32,000 nucleotides of DNA from Candidatus Saccharimonadota bacterium (GTDB lineage Bacteria; Patescibacteriota; Gracilibacteria; Absconditabacterales; Absconditicoccaceae), in contig OZ246420.1 in assembly GCA_965231145.1 (NCBI GenBank), positions 570,001 through 602,000 on the forward strand. The letters run 5' to 3'. Below, piece by piece: positions 18,479-28,073 of the stretch. Positions within the stretch are counted from its first letter, which is position 1; each line of letters starts with the position of its first letter. The notes beneath the pieces were generated by a model. The model had not been told where the DNA came from, ran no database searches, and was given only the letters and a program-made list of their open reading frames with translations. Made by a program: the position numbers and the translations under genes.

Positions 18479-19351
18479 ATGACAAAAAAACATCTTATAT
18501 ACACGGTATTTTCACTTTTCGCAGCTACTGTATTTTTTAGTGGAAGCCAAGCACAGGCTGCATCAAACACGTATGATGCGGAAGCGAATGCCTTGGTAGC
18601 AAATATCCTACAGATCCTTGATAATGATGTTCCACCTGCAGAAGAAAGCGGCAATAACGTCGTAGTTTTCTCGAGCAATGAGATTATCGCGATGAATGTG
18701 CTTACTCCTTTTGTTCAGAAAAACGACACCTATGCGCTGACATCAAAAAGTCTCAATGAAAGACGAAATGGCGGTGTGTTACTCAAAGATGCTCAGAGCG
18801 CTATAAATTATATTGCCGAACAAAAGCTCACTAAATATACAACCGTTGAGTCATTTCAGCCTGAAGCACCACTGAGAAGAGATGAAGCAGCAAAATTCTT
18901 TTCTCTCTTTGCAAAGCAAGTAATGAATAAAAGTGTTAATGAGTCTAAAGAATGCTCCTTTAAAGACATGGCAGAGTGACATACAGACTTACAAGGCGAC
19001 GTGATAAGTGCTTGTAAACTCAACATATTCAACGGAAAAGATGGCTTCTTCAACCCTACAAAATCACTTACCAATGGAGAAGCACTCGCAGTTCTCATCA
19101 GAATAATTGATGGAATGATGGATGAAACAAGTAGTGAGCATTGGGCAAAAACATATCTGGAGAAAGCTCAATCATATGGACTCACTCAATGAACATTTCT
19201 TGATAGCATAACCTATCTCGATCAACCAATGACAAGAGGAAACATGGCTCGTCTTCTTGAAGCAGCAAGCTATATCGCCCCCCTTAAACTCCAGCTCGGT
19301 GGAAATGTCTCATACTCCTTTACTGCACAGTGATTTGTACGTAGTAATTAA
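18479..19351 (+). CDS. secreted protein with S-layer-homology (SLH)-like repeats
   Basis: Signal peptide MTKKHLIYTVFSLFAATVFFSGSQAQA. TGA at 18977, 19190 and 19331 join 18479..18979 and 19001..19192. The SLH-like blocks are FKDMAE.HTDLQGDVISACKLNIFNGKDGFFNPTKSLTNGEALAVLIR and HWAKTYLEKAQSYGLTQ...MTRGNMARLL. The stop is TAA 19349-19351. Confidence 0.65.
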
Positions 19352-19488
19352 ATGAGATCTCAAAAAATAGATTGAAATAGTTAATCTGATGTATACAACA
19401 TAAGTATCATATAGCGGTGCATGAGCTATATCTCTATTTATTTGGGGATATTTGTGCATCGATGAATATAGCTCTTCATTTCTTCAAT

Positions 19489-19527
19489 CCTTCTGATATG
19501 CATCCACCGCCTGCAGAAGGTTTTTTT
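19489..19527 (+). terminator. hairpin plus T7, either a terminator or an attenuator upstream of the rhodanese gene
   Basis: CCTTCTG-(18-nt loop)-CAGAAGG followed by TTTTTTT. It lies about 140 nt after the SLH gene stop and about 40 nt before the rhodanese ATG. Confidence 0.4.
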
Positions 19528-19564
19528 ATTGTTTCATTATTTTATCTTTCTTATCACGACACAT

Positions 19565-20065
19565 ATGACAACAAATGAATCACGTATGATCATTATCAGT
19601 GCACTAGTAGCCGTAGTAGCAAGTTTATTAACAGGTTATTTCATCAATAGACCATCAGATAACCAAAGAATATTTGACTATTACCATACAGTAAACGTAG
19701 CTGAAGTAAGTCCGCATGTCCTTATTGAAAGAGTGAAGAATGGAGAAAAAATAACTATCGTGGATGTTCGCGATCCAGCAGCGTATGCAGCAGCTCACAT
19801 AGAAGGCGCTATCAATATTCCTGCTAGTGACGAAGAGCTTGTTGCAAAATTTAAGGCATTAGATCAAAGTAATGCTATAGTCACATACTGTTATACACAA
19901 GATTGTATGGCATCAAGACAGGTTGGGAAAATTCTCTCAGAAAATGGCATCTACGTACAGCATCTCAACGTATGATATACTGAACGGGAAGCAAAAGAGT
20001 GAACAGGCAATGTGTTTAGCGGATGAAAAGGATCATGTCCTCTCACCGGCTCAGCATGATGTTAA
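19565..20065 (+). CDS. membrane-anchored rhodanese-domain protein
   Basis: ATG 19565 (the track starts at an upstream TTG). One TM helix, then a rhodanese fold: ITIVDVRDPAAYAAAHIEGAINIP...IVTYCYTQDCMASRQ. The track stop 19973-19975 is TGA, and the frame continues through three more TGA to TAA 20063-20065. Confidence 0.65.
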
Positions 20066-20094
20066 AAGAAAATCCGCTACATTGCGGGTTTTTC
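20064..20094. terminator. possible bidirectional terminator between the rhodanese gene and queA
   Basis: AATCCGC-tacatt-GCGGGTT (includes a G-U pair), flanked by an A-run and a T-run in the 29-nt convergent gap. Confidence 0.4.
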
Positions 20095-21276
20095 TTATCT
20101 TCTTAATAGCATAGCATCTCCAAACGAAAAAAACCTATACTTATTTTCTATAGCATAAGCATATAACTCCATGACTTTTTCATAGCCAATAAACGATGCA
20201 ACAAGCATGAGTAATGTGGATCCTGGCAAATGAAAGTTAGTAATTAATCCATCTACTAGTTTCCATGCAAACCCAGGATAGATAAATATCCTTGTCTGAC
20301 AAACTATCTTCGTGCCTTCTCTTTTCCACGAATGAATGTACTTCATACACTCTTCCAGAGAAATTTTTTCTGTTACTGCATCTCGATATTCGTAATTCTT
20401 AATTTGAAATTCGTCATTACCTTTGCTCTCTGCTCTTTGCTCTTTCATCTGTTTATATAAGTACGGCAAAGTCTCCAGTGTCCTTGCGACAGTTGTCCCT
20501 ACAGCAATGCTGTTTTTTCACTGAGATTTTTCTTCAGCAATAGTCGAGAAAATAGACTCATCAATAATAAGCATTTCTTCATGTATATGATACTCACGAA
20601 TATCTTCGGTATCTACCGGTTTAAATGTTCCCAGCCCTACATGAAGCGTCAGAAAGTGAGAATCGACTCATTGTGCGCGCAATGAGTGTAACAGATCATC
20701 AGTAAAATGAAGCGATGCAGTCGGTGCTGCAACAGATCCAAGATGCTCAGCAAAGCGAGTCTGATAGCGCTTCTCTTTTTCTGCGCTATGAGAAATATAT
20801 GGGGGAAGTGGCATCTGTCCATACATTTCAAAAAACAATACCGCATACACTCATGTGATATGAAAGATAACTCATTTGTCTGTTAGCTCTTCTACTGTGA
20901 GTTTTATCCTTTCACTGACATGGATAACTGCTCATTTTCTTACTCTCTTTGTCAAAGAAATGAGTCACTCAAATCTATAATCATCTATCAGCTGCAACAA
21001 AAAGATTTCTCACTCATCTACTACTCTACTCGCACTAGTATGATGCGGGATCTCTACAAAGACATCTTTTAACGGTACACGAGCTTTTACGACCTTAGTA
21101 TCGTTAAAGAAAATTACATCTTTCGATGTGAGAAGCGTTAGGATATCATAAAAATGATAGTCATGAAATGATGTTCCGTCAGGAACAAGTAATTTTGAAG
21201 AATCCGCTGGTGATACAGGTTCCTGCGCTATACGAGACTCAGGCAGTTCATAGTTATAATCAGAAAGTTTGTACAT
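20095..21276 (-). CDS. queA: S-adenosylmethionine:tRNA ribosyltransferase-isomerase QueA
   Basis: ATG 21276 ([20 protein letters not shown]). Seven in-frame TGA. The core motifs are [32 protein letters not shown][TGA][18 protein letters not shown] and [TGA][15 protein letters not shown]. The stop is TAA 20095-20097. Confidence 0.9.
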
Positions 21277-21326
21277 CCAATGAGATAATAAATAAGGAAT
21301 AATAGATAATAGATATTAACCGAGCG

Positions 21327-21364
21327 AAAAAAAGAAAAAAAATCCCTGCGTATAACGCAAGGAC
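21327..21364 (-). terminator. intrinsic terminator after 21375..21833
   Basis: On the minus strand: TCCTTGCG-ttata-CGCAGGGA followed by T8CT7. Confidence 0.6.
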
Positions 21365-21374
21365 TAAAGCCGTA

Positions 21375-21833
21375 TTATAATTCGATAGCTGCAAGCTGCT
21401 GAGACCAACGCGCATGTACAAGCTCGCTCTGCTGTTCATAATAGCGCTCTTTCGCAGTAAAACGAACTCGCATAGCATATAATGCAATACATAAGATGCT
21501 CCACAGTGAGATACATATGGGCAGGGCAATGTTGCGGGCCAGATTGTTACCTACGATAGCAACCACCACAATAGTGAGAATTATAGCTATCCAGCTATAA
21601 GAAAAGCGCTGATAGAGCATTTTCTCACGACTCTTATAGTTTGCATTCATATAGGCCGACATAGCTTCTAACTGCTGAACAGCCTGCTTATGTAAAAACA
21701 GTTTTATTGCCCTACGGGCTGCTTTGGGAAGTTTTGTTTTTTTCATACAAAAAAAGTTTAGTACGGCAATGATACTAAACTTATCCAATAATGTCAATGA
21801 AGAGGTTATAGCACTAATCACGGAGAAATTCAT
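21375..21833 (-). CDS. hypothetical membrane protein
   Basis: 152-aa ORF from ATG 21833, overlapping the upstream gene by 20 nt. An alternative ATG at 21746 gives MKKTKLPKAARR.... TM helices include WIAIILTIVVVAIVG and LPICISLWSILCIALYA. A terminator follows. Confidence 0.45.
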   Translation of the reverse strand: MNFSVISAITSSLTLLDKFSIIAVLNFFCMKKTKLPKAARRAIKLFLHKQAVQQLEAMSAYMNANYKSREKMLYQRFSYSWIAIILTIVVVAIVGNNLARNIALPICISLWSILCIALYAMRVRFTAKERYYEQQSELVHARWSQQLAAIEL

Positions 21834-22779
21834 CTACTTTTTTCATACCGAACCTGATAACATCTTTTTTTTCAAGAAGTACTTTATAATGCTGGTAGCG
21901 TTTCAGCTGATTTTCATATGCAGCTCTTTGAGTTTCATCTTCTGTTGATGCCATTTTTACTTTCAATTCTTGTTCTTCTTGCACCAAAAGATCACTGCTT
22001 GCGAGAAGAGTACGATACATACGAGTGTTTTCCTGAAATTCCTGACGCAAAGGATAAACATTCCTCTGTCCAAATAGATTGCTGGCAAATGGAGAGCATA
22101 CGATCATGTATCTTATATCATGCTTTTGTTGTAATTCTGTCAGCGTTTTTCTAAGCCACTGATGAGCATGATTGATACGACTGTTGTCTTCTCCTTCATA
22201 CGACTCATAGGGCATATTTTCTATATGCACAACATAGAGCATCTCTCCTGTCAATAAAGGATACTTTCTGTCTGTGACATGCGAAACAAAAGCTTCACTT
22301 TCATGCGTGCCTTTTACTATCTCAACCGAAATTATTCCTGTTGGTTCGTGTATCACTTCCTGCGTTTTCCAGTTATCATCTATAGGCGATGAGTTATTTG
22401 CATGTTGCAGTATAATAGTGTAGATCATCTTACGCTTTGCTACTTCCATCTTATCTTCTTTATCTTCAGCGTCGATGATACGTTTTAAGTTCCCACGCAT
22501 TCTATTACCATATGAATTGGAAGGCATACCTTCATTGATCCATTCAATGACTTTACGAATATCGTACTCATGCTCAGTACCAATATAGTGTTGGAAAAAA
22601 TTGCTAATAGTTGGATTATGATCTACTCAAAAACTATAGGAAAGTACCGGCATCTGAGGAGTAGCCAATACATGGTGTACTTCTTTTTTTGTTGTAGCAA
22701 CCGCTGCCGACTTCGGGGAGGCGGGTTCAGGTTCAGGAGATACAGCAAATGCAGAAAGGAAACTAGCTAATAATGTCAT
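21814..22779 (-). CDS. hypothetical protein, possibly exported
   Basis: ATG 22779 (MTLLASFLSAFAVSPEPEP...). One TGA (about 22628) joins it to track ORF 21814..22527. The C-terminus is predicted coiled-coil-like (VQEEQELKVKMASTEDETQRAAYENQLKRYQ). The stop is TAG 21814-21816. Confidence 0.55.
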
Positions 22780-22836
22780 GAAAAGTAACTCTTTTGAGAG
22801 ATAAGGTAAATAGGTCTTTATTATAGTTATTTAGCC

Positions 22837-23313
22837 TTATTTGACAATAGATTTACACTTCGTCATGATCGTATCATGGATACGTTTAAAGTCGACCACT
22901 TTCATACGCATCTGCGAACCATGGACAAATTCTGTTGCCTGAAACAGGAAGATCGCCTTGATCTTCTGCATGATCTTCTGCACGATGACTGAATAGGTCG
23001 CGATAGCCGTTACCTTTTCGCCGAGAACACGCTGTCCTCTACGAGAAAAGAAAAAGTCAACGTTTTCCATCTTTGTTTTTGCAAGGCACGCTTTTGCAAG
23101 CATAAGCTTCACCTGCTTTGTCTGCTGATCATCCAAGAGGAGCATATATTTTTTGAAGAGCGAAAAATTCGTCTTCAGATTTTCGAGTTTGTAGCTATTG
23201 AGATGCTTCAGAAAATATTCGCATTCACTCTTAAGATATCCTGCAATATCCAATTGTGATACCTTCGCGAGTATCTGCTCTCTGAGCCTTTGTGCTTGCT
23301 CCAATTCAGTCAT
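22837..23313 (-). CDS. hypothetical protein
   Basis: 158-aa ORF with ATG 23313, 15 nt after the ftsE stop, ending in TAA. No TM helices and no family recognised. Confidence 0.5.
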   Translation of the reverse strand: MTELEQAQRLREQILAKVSQLDIAGYLKSECEYFLKHLNSYKLENLKTNFSLFKKYMLLLDDQQTKQVKLMLAKACLAKTKMENVDFFFSRRGQRVLGEKVTAIATYSVIVQKIMQKIKAIFLFQATEFVHGSQMRMKVVDFKRIHDTIMTKCKSIVK

Positions 23314-23328
23314 GGTATAACTCGCGGC

Positions 23329-23976
23329 TTACATACTAAAGAGACGAATATTGTGTTTGTTCTGTACATACTGTAGCAACTGCTTGCTGTGTGTAATCAG
23401 CATGATGGTATTTCCTGCATCATGAGCTTCTATAAGCAAATCTGCAATCATCTTCGATGCCTCCCGATCAAGATTTCCTGTAGGCTCATCAGCGATAATA
23501 AACTCAGGATCGGTAATCAGTGCACGCGCAATCGCAACTTTTTGCTTCTCTCCTCCACTCAATTCATATGCTTTTTCATGCATCTTATGTGTCATATGTA
23601 CACGCTCAAGCACTTTTTCAAGCTTCTTTTGCGCGACATCATGAGGCACATGATTCATCTCTAACGGATAGAGCACATTTTCTGCAACGGTCTTGTCTGC
23701 AACAAGTTTATAGTCCTGGAAGATGATACCAATCTTTCTTCTATAGTGCTGCACTTCCTCATCGGTAAATCTTGAAATATCCTCGTTCTTATAAAATACC
23801 TTTGCACGTGGCGTTTCTATCTGCCTTGTGAGTATCTTGATAAGCGTCGTTTTACCGGTACCCGATGGGCCCATAATAAAACACATATCTCCTTTGTCGA
23901 GAGTAAAGTGAAGATCACTAAATAATGGTGCTTCCGGCTTATATCCCCATGTCAATCCTGTTACATTGATAAGCAT
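23329..23976 (-). CDS. ftsE: FtsE-like ABC ATPase
   Basis: 215-aa ORF. Walker A is GPSGTGKTT, followed by IIFQDYKLV, signature LSGGEKQKVAIARA and Walker B FIIADEPTGNLD. Size and motifs match FtsE. No TGA codons, and the stop is TAA. Confidence 0.75.
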   Translation of the reverse strand: MLINVTGLTWGYKPEAPLFSDLHFTLDKGDMCFIMGPSGTGKTTLIKILTRQIETPRAKVFYKNEDISRFTDEEVQHYRRKIGIIFQDYKLVADKTVAENVLYPLEMNHVPHDVAQKKLEKVLERVHMTHKMHEKAYELSGGEKQKVAIARALITDPEFIIADEPTGNLDREASKMIADLLIEAHDAGNTIMLITHSKQLLQYVQNKHNIRLFSM

Positions 23977-24038
23977 ATGCGTCGTTTCGATAGATAAATA
24001 CTAACATACATATTATAAAGCATAGAAAATCAAATAAC

Positions 24039-24062
24039 AAAAAAGCGGTCCCTCCGGCCCGC
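24039..24062 (-). terminator. orphan GC-rich hairpin plus T-run inside the ftsE 5' leader
   Basis: On the minus strand: GCGGGCC-ggag-GGACCGC followed by TTTTTT. There is no upstream minus-strand gene for it to terminate. See findings. Confidence 0.45.
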
Positions 24063-24164
24063 ATATCACATCCTCTCCCCCACCAATTATATCGAATAGT
24101 GATATAGATATTGACTTAATAGCTTGTAAATATATGATCTTTTATAATAAAATATATACAAAAC

Positions 24165-24887
24165 ATGATTATACACACTATCGCCTTAGCAGGCATCGAC
24201 AACAATGTCTCTATTGAAGACATTTTAGAACTTGTTCATTCCTTTCCTCAAGTGGAATTAGGAATATGTCTTTCCCAAGCAAGTATGGGAAAGGCTCGCT
24301 ATCCTACTATCGATTATCTGACGGCATTAGCCGAGCACAAGCATGTTAGACTATCTGCGCACATATGCGGTCAATGGATGAAAGACATCCTACTCGGAAA
24401 AGCTACGATAAAAGAAGATCTGAGCAGCATATGGGATAGGTTCAGCAGGATACAGTTCAATTATGTTGACTACCTTACCAATGAAGAGAAGGTAGCCGGC
24501 GATTACAAAACCAAAGCAGAAAACCTGCTGCGGACTGTCAAAGAAAATTATTTTACCGGTAAAGGACTTATTTTTCCACTGAATCCCCATTCTGAAGTTC
24601 TCCTTAACGAGTACGTACTGGGGCATCATTTTGCACAGGTATTACATGATTGTTCTATGGGACTTGGAAAGCTACCGGAAAAATGGCCAGCCCCATTCCA
24701 TAGCTACCATACAGGATATGCTGGGGGGCTGAGCCCCGAAAATATTGCTACAGAGGTAGTCCGTATATCCGAAGTTGTCCCAGATAATACAGCAATATGG
24801 ATAGACGCTGAGTCTGGATTGCGGACGAACAATGAGTTTGATATGCAGAAAGCAATCACGTTTTGCCAAATTGCTAACTCATATTAA
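24165..24887 (+). CDS. TIM-barrel protein resembling phosphoribosylanthranilate isomerase (TrpF-like)
   Basis: 240-aa ORF. The C-terminal half, GYAGGLSPENIATEVV...IWIDAESGLRTNNEFDMQKAITF, parallels TrpF (SGGLNPENV...AVDVSSGVE..G.KD..KI..F). The N-terminal IALAGID replaces the TrpF KICGIT. No TGA codons, and the stop is TAA. Confidence 0.55.
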   Translation: MIIHTIALAGIDNNVSIEDILELVHSFPQVELGICLSQASMGKARYPTIDYLTALAEHKHVRLSAHICGQWMKDILLGKATIKEDLSSIWDRFSRIQFNYVDYLTNEEKVAGDYKTKAENLLRTVKENYFTGKGLIFPLNPHSEVLLNEYVLGHHFAQVLHDCSMGLGKLPEKWPAPFHSYHTGYAGGLSPENIATEVVRISEVVPDNTAIWIDAESGLRTNNEFDMQKAITFCQIANSY

Positions 24888-24910
24888 GTATAGTGAAAGA
24901 CACTTATTAT

Positions 24911-24936
24911 AAAAAGCCCGGCATGTCCGGGCTTTT
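24911..24936. terminator. bidirectional terminator between the TrpF-like gene and the 1016-aa gene
   Basis: A5-AGCCCGG-catgt-CCGGGCT-T4. Confidence 0.65.
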
Positions 24937-24969
24937 CTTATTAACATATAATATAAGTTCAAAATATTT

Positions 24970-27900
24970 TTACAACTTTATCGTTCCTTTCTGTTTAGAA
25001 GTTAGTTTATCGTATTTTTGCTGAATAGCTGCATAGAGTAGTCCTTCCTTAGGTTTTCAATCCTGCTCCCACATTTCAATTAACTGTTTAATATTAGTAA
25101 GCGTTTCCGCTTCCTTTCTTTGTTGTTTTTCTTTCTTATTTTTTGAAGAAATCGTAGATATTTCTTCAACTTTCTTTCATTCTTTTTGTTTTTTACGTGC
25201 CTCTTTTTCCTTTTTAAGAATAGTAGAAGAACCTCATTTTAATACACCATTACTGTCGTATTCAACACCGTTAACTTCTATCATTATTGCATTTTGCTCA
25301 TCATCATGGAAAACAACAAATCAGGCCGAATGGGCATCACTTGCGACCACAACATCTTTTCAATCTACATATAATCCACCATTATATCCTGAAAGGAGTC
25401 ATAATTTTCTATGAAGCATCATTCTAAAGATTTGCATATCATGACAGACACCTGCGAATATCTTCTCTTCAAAAAATATTTTCTTTTCTGGATGATAAAT
25501 ATAGAGATCTGTTATTCTATCCATACATACTTGCATCTGCTCTGAAAGGCTTTTATTTTTCTTTTTATCTAATGTTTCTTGGTTATCCCAATCATAATAT
25601 CGCGTATCTATAATGAAATCTTCTACTGCCAATATTTGCTCCTTAGGAGTGAGCTTCTGAGCAGCTTTTATAAATCATTCGCATTCCAATGGAAGCTGAC
25701 CAAGATCGCTACTCAGATCTATGCTAGGATTTGCAATTTTAAATGTCCCTTTTACTTTTTCATATGCTTCTTTTGATATAGTAGGTATTGTCGGAGATGC
25801 TGAAGATAACTGTAATTTGTAAGAAAAAATACACTGAGGCTCGGAAGGAATAATACTTACGTATCATGCCTCATCCTCTTCCATGTCAAAATCAACAGAG
25901 AGGCCTGCTGCATTTACACACTTTATTGATGCTTTTTCAATAAGAGTATTTATACCTTTTGGCAATATTTTAGATGACATATCATTATCTAATTGGATAA
26001 CAATCTCTACCTGATCTATGGGCTCCCATAACTGTGGTACATAATTATACGAAGTTCATTTCCATACTTTTCCATCAAAATGAGAAAATAAATTTATAGA
26101 AAGCATTTGTGTTATAGGCTTACTCAAGCGTAATATTTCTGCATGATTATCTTCTTCAAAACTTTCTTTACTTCCTCCTTGTATCTGTTTATCTTGTTGA
26201 TTTCTTAAATGATCGTGCTCTGTTTGCTCTAAGATCTTTTTATGCTCTTGATGAAACAAATCTGCATAGTCCTTACTGCTTTCACTCCCATTTGTATGTG
26301 CTGCTGATCACGCTGTAGATCAGAAAATCGTTTGCAGAAGTTTTTCTTGAGCAGTAAGCTGAGGGACTTGTTGTACATTGAAAAGTTTCTTCATTATCCT
26401 ATAGACTCCTACCTCATTTTTCACGAGTCAAGGCAACTGCCCCATATAGTGCTTCAGACCTTCCTTTTCCTTCAGCATCATCGTAGAGAGATGCGAGTCC
26501 ATGAAATAATTAGAGGCAAGTACGTTTTCTATTTCTTTTTCATATGCTGACAATGCAAATGCATCAAGAAATTGCGAGCGCATCTTGCCTTCCTTATCAT
26601 CAATACAATTTAGCAAAAATAATTTCTTTTTTACGTCCAGAGAAATAGCATTTGGACGAATTACTGGCACTTCTATTTTTAGAATTGTACCTTGCATGGT
26701 CTTTGCTGTAACCGTAATCAGCCCATCCGAGCCATGTTCTACATGAAAATTTTTTATCGGTTGTCATATGTGATCTCATATTACTTCACTCGCATATCTA
26801 TCCATCATATGGAGACAACCATCCTGATCTCTCAGTATGAGGAGCTGATTATATTCATTGCTATAAAATCAATTATATGCTCATTTCTCTAAATAAGTCT
26901 CACCAAAAAAATCTAGCATATATTCTTTGCTCTTATCATTATCCCAATTATCTACATCGTCGTCGTTATCTGCCATGTCACTAGTTGATGATTCGTATTT
27001 TATAACATGCACAAATCACTGGCACAAATTATTAAAGGTGATCTCTGCTGGCAATCACGACATGAATTCATCATATCTCTCTAAAAATCTTTTAGTAGGA
27101 TCAAATGAGGTTAGATTTCCATGAACTCTAACTACCCGAGCTTGTAATTGTTCATCTTTGACTATTTCATATCCCACTGGAATGTCTTCATTTATAGAGG
27201 CTACTATATCACGAATAAGCATACCTTTAGCACTATCTGCATATGGATATAATGCTCCATGCCATTCTTTAGTCTCCTCTTTTTGGGCTTCACGGAGATA
27301 CTCAATATAATTCATTGTTTCTTTTATAACACGTTTACTTTCATGGCATGCATCAAACTCTAGAGGCGCATATCTTCTATGAACTAACAAATGAGCATAG
27401 TATTCATCTATCTCATGTCTCAATGAACTATACTTACGAGACAATATCAGAGGTTTATCGAGATTGTATTCTTTGACATAGATCCCCGTATAAAGCATTT
27501 TTTTCGCACTGTCTAACATGAAACTAGGGGCATCAATATTCTTAAGTTTTCTTAATCTTTCGACCCTCTCTGGAGAAAGGAAATACGCCCTAATACCTTC
27601 TATTTTTTCTTTATTTATATTTTTATGCTTTGCAATCAATTTCGTTAACGAATTATTTACCTTCTGCATAAAAAATTTGTAGTTCTTGATTACATCCAAA
27701 TTGAGAATAATTGGTATAAGGATCTCGTTTAAGTTCTCCTCGCTATGATATAATCTCAATAACATATTAATTCCATCATCAAGCGAGATACTACAAATAT
27801 ACTTTAAAAACTCTCTTTGTTCTTTTAGAGGAAGAGCTCTTATTTCTTCAAATATCTTATTCTTTTTTTTGATAAATTCTCTCGTCTCTGAAATTTTCAA

Positions 27901-28020
27901 AGTGTCTGAAAAGTATCATGATGTATCAATATTATCATCATAATGACGAGAAACCTCATCTGTTGTGAGATTCACCATATTTTGTTCGCTAGATGCTCTT
28001 TGGGGGCTTACAGATGCCAT
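24970..28020 (-). CDS. large (1016 aa) hypothetical protein with a possible C-terminal transglutaminase-like cysteine protease core
   Basis: ATG 28020. Track fragments 27055..27900, 26428..26697, 26056..26259 and 25399..25632 share one frame. I hand-translated the gaps between them and found only TGA, with no TAA or TAG. There are about 19 sense TGA. The stop is TAA 24970-24972. The candidate core is FAGVCHDMQIFRMMLHRKL...ASDAHSA.FVVFHDDEQ. Confidence 0.7.
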
Positions 28021-28073
28021 ACTATGATTATAGCTGAAAAGCCATTTTAAGCAAATAATTTAAGGAAATTCTG

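Noticed and set aside
25321-25323. I considered TGA read as Trp (translation table 4, Mycoplasma-like). The segment DAHSA[TGA]FVVF loosely resembles the H-A-W of transglutaminase-like cores.
   Set aside because: Multiple unambiguous motifs require Gly, not Trp, including LS[TGA]GQ, IVQ[TGA]G, IL[TGA]R in the NusG KOW, and G.Y in the PKD domains. The single Trp-like alignment needs an indel and is weak.
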